From assembly GCF_018350175.1 (NCBI RefSeq), contig NC_058368.1, positions 148,864,001-148,928,000 of the forward strand: DNA of 64,000 nucleotides, written 5' to 3'. The position numbers were made by a program, and so were the translations under genes. The DNA comes from Felis catus (taxonomy: Eukaryota). Every line of letters starts with the position of its first letter. The first letter of the stretch is position 1. Positions 12,290-24,994 of the stretch are shown one piece after another. Below the pieces are notes generated by a model. The model did no database searches. It saw nothing but the letters and a program-made list of their open reading frames with translations, and was not told the DNA's origin.

Positions 12290-13240
12290 AAAACATGAGA
12301 CAAATATGGTATAAAAATAACATTTTACATATAAATACTGGATACATTAATTTTATTATATATTTAAAAGTAATGAGACTTTATAAAAACTTAAAAAATT
12401 TTTCATAATTTATCAATTTAGAAACCGACTCCAAAAGACATTAATTTAGAATATTTCTTTTTTTTTGCATTCATATTAGTTCACAAAGATACTTTCACTG
12501 AAACATTCAGTAAGGTTTTTTAGGTTTCCTGTGTAATCAAATAAGCTAAGCTTCTGTAGTGGGGAAAAGATAAATAATGTCTCTTATCTTATGCATAATA
12601 CATATTGTACTAGATTTCTATTTACATACTCCTCCCAGGGAACCTCATATGACCAAAAATATTCTTAGACTAGTAGAATTATTAGTTCCATTATAGTAGT
12701 GCCCTACCTTATATAATATCATGGATATATTTTTACCTTTGTAAGAAGTTTTATGATATCTAATTTAATTACATTGTGATACAATAATCATTATTATGCA
12801 TTTATATGAAGACACAAGGCACAGTTTACTTATTTTTTTCTTGAAAGGGCTGTTTATGAGAAAAATGCAATCATACACTTGTACTAATTTTATAGAATTT
12901 AAGTGAAGTTAAAATTGGGCAAATACAGTTAATTAATGGTGCCAGTCTGAAATTGAATATATGATTTTACATAACCTCATTGGCTCCTTGTAGATATACT
13001 TTGTCTTGTTTACTCATGAACCAATATAAGAAATGCAATTATCAGTGCTAACATGTTTCAACAAGCAATTCAGTGACCCACCGCAAAGGTCCCCAATCAC
13101 GAGTCTGTTTTCCTTTTTTGCTAATTGAAGAGGTATATTCAATAGAAGAAACTTCGCAATGTAACAGCACAAGGTCAGTAATGGGGCGTATCTCTTTACA
13201 ACTGAAATAACTCACAATTCTTAATTAAAGTATACATTAA

Positions 13241-13461
13241 GGGTCACCTGGGTGGCTCAGTAGGTTGAGCCTCCAACTTTGGCTCAGGTCATGATCTCGC
13301 AGTCTGTGAGTTTGAGCCCCACATCGGCTCTGTGCTAACAGTTCAGAGCCTGGAGCCTGCTTCGGATTCTGTGTCTCCCTCTCTCTCTGCCCCTCCCCTG
13401 CTCATGCTCTGTCTCTCTCTCTCCGTCAAAAATATGTAAACATTAAAAAAAAATTTAAAAA
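13241..13461 (+). mobile_element. Can-SINE
   Basis: TSD aaagtatacattaa/aaagcgtacattaa. Confidence 0.95.
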
Positions 13462-14343
13462 AAAGCGTACATTAACCATGTTCAGCCATGAAGACAGATC
13501 ATCTTTTGTTAGGTATGTGGAGGGATGACAACAGTGTCTTCTCTCGCCAGGTTCTAGTCTTAATGTTTTCTGCTTCTTTAACAGGGATCAGCTCAATGGC
13601 AAAGACCTGACTTGTGGAAACAACAGTAGCAGATACTTCAGGTTGCCCTTGTAGCAGAAATATCACTGGGAGCCTCATTTTTCCATTACTGCAGTACTGA
13701 CTCAATCTATAATTGGCATACAGATCCATTTAGGTTAACTGGGTAAGAATTAAATTGGTTACCCACTCTGTGAGAGGTTCTGGAGTAGATGCTTTGGGAA
13801 ATAAAAGATTTATACTGTTTTCAAGATCCTGTATTCTAGGGCACGTCTTATTTAGCTTCATTTCTTGCCACAGATTGTGACATGTCTTTACTCCAATTTG
13901 CCCATTCTTCTATGCACAAACTTTAGGAAATCACTGAATTTTGTGTGTTTCAAGTTTTTGTTTGTTTTGTTTTTATCAGCAACAGACCTTGCTCAGAATT
14001 ATGTGAGCAGCCTACAAAGTTTCTTTTGTTAAAACATTCACAACTATTCCTATTCTAAATGGCATGTGATTAGAGTGAATTGAGTAACTGTATAGCTGAA
14101 GTTTCTTGGGATAGAGTGTTTAGTTCTCAAGAAATCACACTTTAATTATATTTAAAGCACATAATAACATAATAAGTGTATTTGTAAGGGAAGGAATGGG
14201 AAGAGTAAGGGGATTGGAAGATTATGACCAACTTGTTTGGGGTGCATTGTGATAATTATACCATAATAGCAATTCAGGGCATGTTTTGGAAAATTTCTAG
14301 GAAAATATTTATTAAAATATTTATTAGAAAAAAATGTAATAAG

Positions 14344-14714
14344 TGTCTTCATCAGCTTGGGCTTCCTAACAAATAGCATTGATGAGGGGCTTAAACAACA
14401 TAAATTTATTTCTCACAGTCTGGAGGCTGGAAAGTCGAAGATCAAGGTGCCAGCATAGTCAGCTTATGGCAAGAGGTCTCTTCCTCGCTTGCAGACTATG
14501 GCCTTCTCACTATGTTCTCAACATGATGGAGGGAGCTCTGGTGTTTATTCCTCTTTTTGTAAGGGTATTAACCATATTGGATTAGGGCCCCACCTTATGA
14601 GCTCATTTAACATTCATCACTTCCTCACAGGCCCTATTTACAAATATAGCCACACTAAGGATTAAAACTTCAACATATGAATTTGGGAGGGATGCAAACA
14701 CTTAGTCTCTAACA
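14344..14714 (-). mobile_element. MaLR solo LTR (MLT1A/B-like)
   Basis: ggcttaaacaacataaatttatttctcacagtctggaggctggaaagtcgaagatcaaggtgccagca; ggattagggccccacc; TG...CA ends. Confidence 0.88.
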
Positions 14715-15060
14715 ATAACTAAATGACTATTAACAGCAATAAGGATTCTTTATTCTTGGAATTACATATAACAGATCACTTTTTTGAAAAGCATTAATGA
14801 ATTATGTATTTATTGTATATATATGACTTTAGTTTTAGTTGCTAGCTATATTTGAGAGAAAATCAAAAACCGAAATTCCAGTGACCAGCCAGATCCTTTG
14901 GGATAACTTCTACAGATACTGTAATTCTGTGAGACTAGCATAATGTCTGAATTTTGAACAGTAACTGTGCTTTTAGATGAACTAACAAGGTGAGCAAGAA
15001 TATATTACACACCATCAATATCTGTAAATTTAGAATTGCTTGAAAGACAACATTACTGCT

Positions 15061-15272
15061 GGGGCGCTTGGGTGGTTAAGCAGCCGACTTCGGCTCAGGT
15101 CATGATCTCAAGGTCTGTGAGTTCAAGCCCCCCGTCGAGCTCTGTGCTAACAGCTCGGAGCCTGGAGCCTGTTTCAGATTCTGTGTCTCCCTCTCTCTCT
15201 CTGACCCTCCCCCATTCATGCTCTGTCTCTCTCTGTCTCAAAAATAAATAAACGTTAAAAAAAATTTAAAAA
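15061..15272 (+). mobile_element. Can-SINE
   Basis: Perfect 17-bp TSD aaagacaacattactgc 15043-15059/15273-15289. Confidence 0.96.
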
Positions 15273-16258
15273 AAAGACAACATTACTGCCAAAATATGTA
15301 ATTGAAAAACTTGAGCTATGGATTGTTGAGAAGAAATAACCAGATTTATCAGAATGACAGATAAATATCTGGGGAAATAGTGTTCAATGTAACCTTATAA
15401 AGACAGCAATAAAACATTAGTAGGAATTGGAGCAGATAAACTGAAGTTACCAAAAAACGAAAACAAAACAAAACAAAACAAAAACAAGTGTAGCAGAAAG
15501 TAAGGCTAAGAGATTATCCTTTGACTAGTCCACACTCTGTTTGTAATTTTTTTCCCATCAAAGATTCATTTTGTTCTCTACTAAATATTCCCTTTAGCTT
15601 GCTGCACTTAAACTGTATTACAGTTTGGGTCTAATAAAAGTTTATGCAGATTGTTATACTATTTTGGAAGATAAAACAAAGCAGAACAAATGTTTAATTG
15701 TTTCACATTATACTTAATCTTACCTCAAATCAGCATTAATTCACAAATTTCCTGAGTCACTTCTATCCAATAAAATTGTAAAACTCTAAATTTCATAGTC
15801 ATCCCTGTTTTCTTAATTCATAAAAATAATTATTAATGGTAATCCTGTGCTTGCAAATTAAAGCTTTTATCTTGCTGTCTTATAAACCATTTGATTGCTC
15901 TAATTCTCTCCTACATGCACAGGCAGGTGTCATTCACACTTCTTTTCTATACAGTAGCCTAGCAACTGCAAATTGCAAGACCTTTTTTAATAGTGTTCTC
16001 TGAATAATTTCAAAGTGATGTCACCCTCTCGAATTCCAAAGAATGCTGCTAGTAGGTCTTTCCTCCTTGTTAGAAATTTAGTTAGGCAATTTTCCTAAGT
16101 AATCAAGAACTTATATTGAAGTCCAAAAATATCAAACCTTCATTTATAAAAAAAAAAATACCCAGAACAACAAAAACAGAAATCAAAGAATCAGATGGTT
16201 TGCAATTTAGAGATAATAATACCACTTCCTGGTTTCTTTTAAAGATGGGTTAATGCAA

Positions 16259-16508
16259 GGCACCTGGGTGGCTCAGTCTGTTAAGTGTCCAGCTCTTGAT
16301 TTTGGCTCAGGTCAAGATCTCCTAGTTTGTGAGTTTGAGCCCCACATCAGGCTCTGTGCTGATGGTGTAGAGCTTGCTTGGGATTCTGTCTCTCCTTCTC
16401 TCTGCCCCTCCCCCACTTGTGCACGTTCTCTCTCTCTCTCTGTCAAAATAAATAAATAAAAGTTAAAAATTTAATTTAATTTAATTTAATTTAATTTAAT
16501 TTAATTGA
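16259..16508 (+). mobile_element. Can-SINE with (TTTAA)n tail microsatellite
   Basis: TSD aaagatgggt(t)aatgcaa either side. Confidence 0.95.
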
Positions 16509-16774
16509 AAAGATGGGTAATGCAATCAATTCACTCAGACAATCAGATTAAATCTGTTACAGCTATTGTATAATGTACCCAAAAGTATACATGTAAGAGT
16601 TAAGTAAGATTGATTTCCAAAGCCACAAAGGAAAATGTATTTTCAATTCAAGTTAATTCATCTTTAAGTATAAGCTTAGAAAAATTATTATTATAGAAGA
16701 TGATGATGAGATGGTCCAGTGCAAAGTTAAGGATTACCACATATATGGCAAATTCCATTAATTGCCTTGAGTCT

Positions 16775-16963
16775 AAGATTGCCAGAGATAAAGTATGGAT
16801 CTCCTGGTTAAATTTAATTTCAGCTAAACAACAAACAATTTTAGTGTGAACATGTCCTATGCAATATTTGGGACAGATCTATACTAAAAATATTTGCTGC
16901 TTACCTGAAATTCATATTTAACTAGGTAATCTGATAGTTTTATTTGCTAAATCTGGAAACAAT
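16775..16963. mobile_element. MER53-like hAT MITE (palindromic)
   Basis: gattgccagagataaa...gttaaatttaatttcagctaaacaac...tgtcctatgcaatatttgggaca...cttacctgaaattcatatttaact...tatttgctaaatctggaaac. Confidence 0.85.
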
Positions 16964-17904
16964 ATTATAAGGAAATTTGAGATAGAACTATAAAATAAGT
17001 TTACTAATTATCTTGCTTACATTACAGACTAAATAAATGTTTGGCTAACAGATTGAGAGTACTAGAAATAATTTTTATCTTTTTTTTTTTTAACTTAGGC
17101 ATCACAATAGCCACTAGATACTTTAACCAGAAAGTATGGTACACACAACTATGATTTCTAAGTACATTTTAGAATTGTAATTTCTGAATGTCTTATGTGC
17201 ACATATTCACTGTTTATTGAATAAGTAATAGCTTGTCCTATGGGAATATTTAATATATGCATCTTTTCTTTAAATCATGCTTATACTTGAGTAAAATAAA
17301 ACTACATTTAAAAAAGTGCCATGACGGATTAGAAAGGCAAGAACATGGTGGACAGCTGCAATGCTTTCAATTTAAAGGACAGAGTGAGACTATATCAGCA
17401 GGACTAGCTGCCACAGTTGAAATGAGATGATGCAGTTGGCTATTTAAGAAAGCACAGTAGTAGATTCGAGGTCACATCAGGGATTGAAATGAGGAAAGTC
17501 CTTGTTGTCATTTTTATTTCACCAATTGGAGCAAGTTTTCAACTTGTGAAAAGTGGAGCACAGATCCTAGAAATTGAAATCCTTTCCTAAAGCACAGGCA
17601 AGTTCAGGGCAATCAATGGCAATATCAGATTGAAGCTCATGCCTGTGAATCAATGTGACTTAACCCTGATTTGGGGAAAAATTATTTTGAGGATGAGAAT
17701 ATCAACCCTGTGCACTCTCTTGCATTTTTGCTGAGGGTGACAATTATTTCTTATCAGTGATGATATGGAGCCTTCTCAAATGAAAATGTGCAAGAATAAT
17801 GGCTGCCAGTGAAGGGGAGAGGGATGGAAGCTGGGTGTAAGCCAGTTTCTGCTGCAGCAAACATGCTGTCTGCAGATAGTAAGCAAGACATCAGTCGTTG
17901 TCAT

Positions 17905-18185
17905 ACATTCTGTTTCTAATGCTGGGTCAATAGCTTACTTGTAAGACTTACATAAATTGCTTAATCTGTCAGCTTCCTTTCTGTTAAGTGAGATGAACTC
18001 TAAGGTCTTTCCATTTCTTACCAACTCTGACTATGCCAGTGATAAGGACCCTGGTGAACTGGAATATTTAACTGCCTTATATGAATTGCTTAAGTTTATG
18101 AGCACATAAGTACTGAAACTTCATTTCCTGGGATAGTACATTAGATGAAGATATTCTCAATATTTCTAAGTCCTAATCTGTCTTT
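17905..18185 (+). mobile_element. MIR/MIR3-like fragments
   Basis: aaattgcttaatctgtcagcttcctttctgttaa...gatgaactctaaggtctttcca. Confidence 0.5.
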
Positions 18186-18499
18186 TTTACACACTAAATT
18201 TCAGTCATTATGCAAGTTGATTGCACCCCTGTCATGGATTTTATAAGAGGTTGGACGCTTTAAAAACGTTAACAATATTTATCTGACTTAGGAACAGAGG
18301 TGTCTTTCCATAGAACTATGCTACAAATTAAATTTATAAACATGTATTTCCATCCCTTGGATTCTTCTGAGTCCAGCAGGGAATGAAACCATTGTGCACG
18401 GTTTCCACACTATCCTCTTTCTGAAACCCTCAATTTAATGTCCTGTATTGGAATGGAAGTAATGGCAAGTAAATAAACTTCCTGTTAGAGTGATATTGA

Positions 18500-18920
18500 G
18501 TTCAGGCTGACAGACATGGAACATAGTAGCTATGTGAAGTTAGGAAAAGTATCTTGTCTCCCTATGCCTGTATTTAAACATGAGGATAATAATTTACCAA
18601 TCTCATAGGATCGTTGTGAATGTAATTGTGAACACTTCACACAGCCATGGGGTGCATGGGTGGCTCAGTTGGTTAATTGTCCAGCTGCAGCTCAGGTAAT
18701 GATCTCACAGTTCATGGGTTTGAGCCCCACATCGGGGTCTGTGCTGACAGCTGGGAGCCTGCAGCCTGCTTCTCTCTCTGGCCCTCCTGGCGCTCTCTCT
18801 CTCTGTCTGAAAAATAAATAAACATTAAAAAAATAAACACTTTAAAAATTTTTTTAAAGTTAAAAAAACACAACACAGTCATATAGTAAATGCCGCATAC
18901 GTGCTAGCTGTTGTTGATAT
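18500..18920 (+). mobile_element. MIR interrupted by a Can-SINE
   Basis: tagctatgtgaagttaggaaaagt..., atgaggataataatttaccaatctcataggatcgttgtga, resuming catatagtaaatgcc. Confidence 0.6.
18649..18866 (+). mobile_element. Can-SINE
   Basis: Head, tail; degenerate TSD acacagccat/acacagtcat. Confidence 0.92.
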
Positions 18921-19939
18921 CATGCTGCTACTACGATTATTAAAATAAATATTTTTATTACAAAACTGGGAGAAGCTTAATTAGAAGTCAGGTCTTTTTT
19001 TCTTTTTTTCCTAAGTCCACCGAATCCTCTAACACAGATATCAGTAAAATCAGGCCTAAGTAAAGTGGTTAAAAGGAGAGCTTTCCACCTTATGAATATT
19101 CATGGACTATGTATATAATATTTCTAAATGTAAGAGAGATAATGTGAGATACAGTTTTTTAAAAAGGATAAGTGGGGAAAGCAAATTTATTTGTCTCTAT
19201 GAGTGCCTATACCCAACAGGCAATATGCAGTCCATAAATTGATTTTTTTAATGTAATGTTAGATAGGTAATACAAATTTTCTATGTAAGACTTAGCTATG
19301 TATATACATGAGCTAAGTGTAGGATGTTAATTCAAAAACCAGGTTCATCATAAGAATAATATTCTTTAAATAAACCCTCTTTCTTCATTTACCTCATGAC
19401 ATAATTTCAATCTAGAAGGATCCTTCCTCTAGCCAGGAGAAGGCAATGACTAAACACCAAGTAGTAAAAAATACCAGCAAAAAGTATTGTTAATTTTAAA
19501 GTAAAATGCCCTGAAAGACCTCGGAGATTTCAAATGTCTCCTGTAGAGATATTTCATACTAACAGAAATTCTCATTATGAAACTCAATTCTTTGCAATTT
19601 GGTGCTATATCAAGGATCTGTCATTAAAAGTTAGAATATTAATATAGAACTATTAGATAGCCATTGAGAGTATAATGGGCTTTAAGGAGCAGGCAAATGT
19701 TCAGCATGAGAAAGGAGACAGATGTACAACACAAAAATTAAAGAGGACACTGGAATTAATAAATAGCAAGAAAATAATTAAAATACAAAATCATGGAGAA
19801 AGGGGAGATGAAGAGAGAATAAGAAAATACACTAAAATCTAGTGTCAAGGACTTCTAACACATTATACGAAGAAGGACTTACTGGGGAAATGGATAATTT
19901 GGCAATCCATTTATAATTAAAAAAAAAGTGCTAACTCAA

Positions 19940-20835
19940 AAACTTTGTGCTTCTTCTCTTCCAGTCTGTATGTATTTTGATGGTTTCTCAAGTTTATTGC
20001 ATTGGCTAAGACTTCTAGTACAATGCTGAATAGATAATTGAGATTGGCTATCCTTGCACTTCCCTGATCTTAGACAATAGCTTTCAACCATCACCATTAA
20101 GTATGCATTTTTGTAGATATTCTCTACTATGTGAAGGAGTTTGCTTCTATTCCCAGTTCCTAAAGTTTTTATCATAAATGATGTTGAATTTTATCTAATG
20201 TTGTATTCTACATCTATTAAGATGATCAAATTGTTTTTTAAAATGTTTTGTCAGTTTTGTCAGTATGGTGGTTTACAGTGATTGATTTTCAATGTTAAAC
20301 AAACCTGCATTCCTGGAATAACTGCCATTTGATTGTAGTATTTTATTCTTTTTACATATCACTGATTCAATTTGCTAATATTTTTAAAAGGATTTTTGCC
20401 TCAATGTCCATGACAATAGTCCTCCATAGCGTTTTGTTTATTTTTCCTCATAATATCTTTGGTTTTGTTATCATGATATTTCTGGCTTCATAAAATAAGA
20501 GAAATATTATTTCTTCCTGTTCTACTTCCTGAAAGTTCATGAATAATTGATTTTAGCATTTGGTAGAATTAACCGCTGAGGCTTTTAGGACCCAGGGTTT
20601 TCTAATGTTGGAACCTTTTTTAACTACAAATTGAATCTCATTAGTAAATATGAAGATACTCAAATTATCTGTTTTTGGTGGACTCTATTAGTTTGTATCT
20701 TTAAAGGACAATTTCCATTTCATCTAAATTATCAAATATGTCTGTATAAAAATGTCATTATTTATTCAGTTATTGTGGCATCCAATCGATGGCCTTATTC
20801 ATTCTTTCATTCATGATATTGGTAATTTATGTGCT
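19940..20835 (-). mobile_element. Old L1 ORF2 (RT region) fragment
   Basis: ttattgcattggctaagacttctagtacaatgctgaatag; ttgaattttatctaatg..ctacatctattaagatgatca. Confidence 0.85.
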
Positions 20836-20839
20836 GAAT

Positions 20840-21453
20840 AATAATACAAAATATGACTCACTAGAAGTTGTTATTAAAGAAGTGCTTACAGAAAAAATAT
20901 AGCTTCAAATGAAGAGTAGTTGCAAATCTAAACTAACCTTCAAGCTCTGGAAGGATGAAAATTAATTTAAAAGAAGTAGGAGAAAGAAGTTGATAGCAGC
21001 AGAAATGTTAATAAAATAAAATAAGTGACAATCAATCAGAAACAGCCAAAAGTTTATTCTTTGAAGAGATTTATAAAATTAAGCAATCCCCAGAAGATAA
21101 TATATAAGAAGAGAACCTCATATGAATACTACAGATATTAAAGAGATAATAAGAGTTAGTGGTAAAGAAATTTATGCTAATTTTAAAGAATTACAATTAC
21201 ATAAATTATGTTCTCCGACCAAAAGAAAATTAAATTAGAAGCTGTTGAAAGACAAGAAATTCTCCAAATGCTTGCATAAATTATCCAACACACTTCTAAA
21301 TTAAAATATATGCATACAGGGAATTAGAAAATACTTTGAGTGAAATAAAAATTTTTAAAACATATCAAACTTGTGGTCTGGAGATAAAGCAGAGCTTTCA
21401 GATAGATTTATAGCCTTAAGTACTTAGGAAAAGAAGAAAGGTCTAAAATGAAT
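20840..21453 (+). mobile_element. Old L1 ORF2 fragments (post-endonuclease linker)
   Basis: ccaaaagtttattctttgaagagat; acagatattaaagagataataagag; gaattagaaaatactttgag; gaaaagaagaaaggtctaaaat. Confidence 0.7.
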
Positions 21454-21674
21454 GTTTAGCATTTATTTATTTTTGAGAGAGAGAGAGAGAGACAGAGAGA
21501 GACAGATCTTGAGCGGGGGAGGGGCAGAGAGAGAGGGAGACACAGAATCCAAAGCAGGCTCCAGGCTCTGAGCTGTCAGCACAGATCCTAATGCCGAGCT
21601 AGAACTCACAAACCGTGAGATCATGAGCTGAGCCGAAGTCGGACACTTAACCGACTGAGCCATCCCAGCGCCCC
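21454..21674 (-). mobile_element. Can-SINE
   Basis: TSD ctaaaatgaat 21443-21453/21674-21684. Confidence 0.95.
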
Positions 21675-21839
21675 TAAAATGAATTTTTAAATTTAACATA
21701 TTTTCTTTTCCATTTTCTGATTAGAATCGAATTCAGTATTTTCCTTTTTTTAGGTATCTGAAATACAGTAACTTCTTTACATGCCAATAGTTAATAGTAA
21801 CATTAATTGTCTACCATGTTTTTTAAGTTATCTTTTCTG

Positions 21840-21840
<1 letters not shown>

Positions 21841-21901
<61 letters not shown>
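21841..21901. repeat. Poly(A) followed by (TA)n
   Basis: A17 then about 22 TA units. Confidence 0.97.
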
Positions 21902-21903
<2 letters not shown>

Positions 21904-23729
21904 TCCCTGATCACCACCTTATAGCATACATGAATGCTCAAAGGATTGTAATTTCCTTTACCGACTTCCCCCCCCCCCATCATTTCCACATTTTACGTAG
22001 TTCTTTTTAACTTGATTTTAATGATACTAAAAAGTACCCTGCAGAAGGAGATGGCTGGAACAAGACATTTTCATAGCAGTAATAGCTCTCAGCCTCCCCT
22101 CAGAGCTCTTCAGCACTGGCAAGAGTGCAATAGACTAGGACCTTGCATTCTAGTAGAACACTGGCCAGAGTGCTAAGGACAAAGGGTAACTTCCCTTCTC
22201 TTTTTAAATTTTTTCTTTTCTTTCTCTCTTTTTTTAACTTTTTCTTAAGCTTCACATCAACTCTGACCAATTACTTATTCAATGATTTTTTTTCATGCAT
22301 ATATTCACCTAGTCAAATAATCTCTTTTTGCATTTTTATGACCTATGTTTTGTTAGATGTAGGAAATGAAAGAACTCTTCCATTTGTTAAAGGAAATGTT
22401 AAATGCCAGAAAAAAATAATTAATTTTTATCCAAATAACTTATTTAAAGCAAAGCAAATAATTAAGGCAATGCTGTCATGTCCCAATTTTAAAAAGCCAG
22501 TTCTTTCATAGTCTACATAAACAGCAATACAATATTTTCTCATGTATTCACTTATTTATCAAAGAAAAAAAATAAAGGGGAAAAACCTTTTTTTTACAAT
22601 TGTGATTATTTGTATCCTCTGACCTATCCACGTGAAATTTCTTGTAGGTGAAGCTTTTTTTTTTCTCCTATTTACTCTGACAGTATCCTTTGATACCCTA
22701 TCTACTTGACATACTAATTATTTTCCTTTTTATGTTACTTCCTTTAGACTGTACTGGCCACTCTGTTTTTTTTTTTTTTTTTTTTTTTTTAATAACTATT
22801 ACCATCGTCTGATATCTTCCCTGACCTAATGCAAGTAACTGGACAATAAAAATACCTTAAAAAACAGTTCAGCCCAATTATTTTTGATACTATAATGAGA
22901 CATAGGGGCAGAAAAAGTAGAAAAAGCTAAACTGATCTTGTTTTGTGTTTTCTCCATAAATCATTTTTTCCATCAAACATAGCTAGTTATGTAAAAAACA
23001 AAGTTCTCTTTAGAGATACTGGCATTGCATATATTGTGTTTTACTCAAATGGTTCAGCTTTATTGCTTCGTCATCTAGTAGACATTTATTGTTTGTTTTT
23101 TATTAAATATTTTGGAACAGTGATGCATCCAATGATAGTAAATGCCGTCTCAAGTGTTCCGATTAAAAATAGATACATTTAAAAACAGATACAATTAATT
23201 TTTGTTATATGATACAAAATTCATTCACAACTGAGAATAAGTTTTAAATTACTTGTACAGAAATTGAGATCGTTCATCATTACAAATAATTCCATCTGGC
23301 AGGGATTCGTAGAACCCACTTCGCACCATGACTCTTGATGAGTTGACTGTTCCTCACTGTGACATATCCTTTTATCTTAACTGGAAACCTCAGGAGGTAG
23401 ACTGTGTTCATAATTGAAAACATAATTGAAAACAAAATTCACACAATGTCATTTGGAAAGTCAAAGGTATGATTTGCACATTTATTGTATTGAAGTAAAA
23501 TTAATCATGTACCAGAAATATAGATGTCAAATTTAGTAGTTTTTTTTTTTTAATAAGCCATGAGAAATGGCATGCAAGGAAAAAAGATATATAGTTGAAA
23601 ATGATTTTTTTCTCAGTACATTGCTTGCCTTTTTCACTAAAAACATCCTTGTTTTTGAAAGTGACATGATCTTTTCTCTGTATTTTCTTTGGATGTTGAA
23701 CCTCATTATTTTTTATATCTACACTTTGT

Positions 23730-23920
23730 ATGGTATAGTCATTCAGAATACTGGCTCTGAAACAGAATAAACAAACTGGTCTGGTTTGAATACTGTATCT
23801 ACCTCCTACTAAATTCATGACCTCGGACAAGGATCTTATCTTTAAGTCTCAGTTTCCATATCAGCAAAGTGAGGATAACGATATTAGCCATGAAAAACTG
23901 CTATGAAGTACTAAAACCCC
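23730..23920 (+). mobile_element. MIR
   Basis: ggctctgaaacag...ggtttgaatactg...catgacctcggacaag...tctcagtttccatatcagcaaagtgaggataa. Confidence 0.75.
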
Positions 23921-24117
23921 GACGTAAATGCAACAGTCTTTTGTATCTTTCCCAATCCTGTAGGGAAAACTGTAGTCAATTATGTGTGTCCTTTGGGTGT
24001 ATTTATCTGTTTCCAAATAATTTGTTTATTTTGTCGACCTTGATGTTGTTAATGTGGTATTATTTTTATTTTTTTGTTGTTGTTGTTTTCTAATCAGTCT
24101 TCCTCAGCACTTTCTTT

Positions 24118-24341
24118 TTTTTTAATTAAAAAAAATTTTTAATGTTTATTTATTTTTGAGACAGAGAGAGACAGAGCATGAATGGGGCAGGGTCAGAGAG
24201 AGGGAGACACAGAATCTGAAACAGGCTCTAGGCTCTGAGCTGTCAGCACAGGGCCCGACGCGGGGCTAGAACTCACGGACCATGAGATCACAACCTGAGC
24301 TGAAGTCGGACGCTTAACCGGCTGAGCCACCCAGGCGCCCC
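24118..24341 (-). mobile_element. Can-SINE
   Basis: Degenerate TSD cagcactttctttt/cagtgctttctttt. Confidence 0.95.
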
Positions 24342-24404
24342 AGTGCTTTCTTTTCAGTTCTTATGGAGATATAAGCTCTGTAGTCTAATAAAGATAATTT
24401 GTAT

Positions 24405-24590
24405 AATGTCTTAACCACTTACTAGTTATGTGATGTTCAGCATGACATTTATTCTGTTTTTCTTGTGATTTGGATGAGAACAATAATGCTACCTACCCTA
24501 TAGCATGCTCATGAAAATTAAGAAAAACAATTCATATAAATTAATCAGCACAGGGGATGGTATGAGTGCTCAATATATATTATTATTTTT
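24405..24590 (+). mobile_element. MIR
   Basis: accacttactagttatgtga...aataatgctacctacccta...gagtgctcaatata. Confidence 0.65.
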
Positions 24591-24922
24591 ATTACTGTAA
24601 GCCCTAGCCTCCAGAGTTCCAGTTTCTATCTTCACACAGCTAGATCTCCATTCCTTACCTAATCTGCTCTGTCCTAGCTCCTAAAATCCTACTTCTACTT
24701 CTGACTGAAACAAACAAATTACCAGCAACTCCAGGCCCTTCCAACCACACATGTAACATCCATCTGATTAGACATGGAAATGGAGTTTTGCCTGGAATTC
24801 CACAACTTGAAATATAACAAAATCAGAACTGCCAGTCTCCTTTTCTGTCAGCACATCTGGTTTCCTGTGCTCTGTGGGCAGTTTCTGAGAACTTATGGCT
24901 ATGAGTAATAAACCACCTTCAC

Positions 24923-24937
24923 CTCTCTCTCTCTCTC

Positions 24938-24992
<55 letters not shown>

Positions 24993-24994
24993 AC
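24923..24994. repeat. (TC)n(CA)n compound microsatellite
   Basis: Direct reading. Confidence 0.97.

Larger units (their letters stand above)
10300..12400 (+). mobile_element. Old L1 (L1ME-like) ORF2 end/3'UTR, host to the inverted L1 and a SINE
   Basis: gtccagatggattgaagataaaaatgtaaacagcaaaac; accccagcaattctgaccctag; cagtattgtttgtaatggcaaaaacctggaa. Confidence 0.7.

Noticed and set aside
13585..13742. Plus-strand exon-like segment (cttctttaacAG ... TGG|GTAAGA) and the overlapping 76-aa minus ORF
   Set aside because: Stops in all three plus frames, no recognisable homology and no supporting neighbours; a non-coding exon cannot be excluded.
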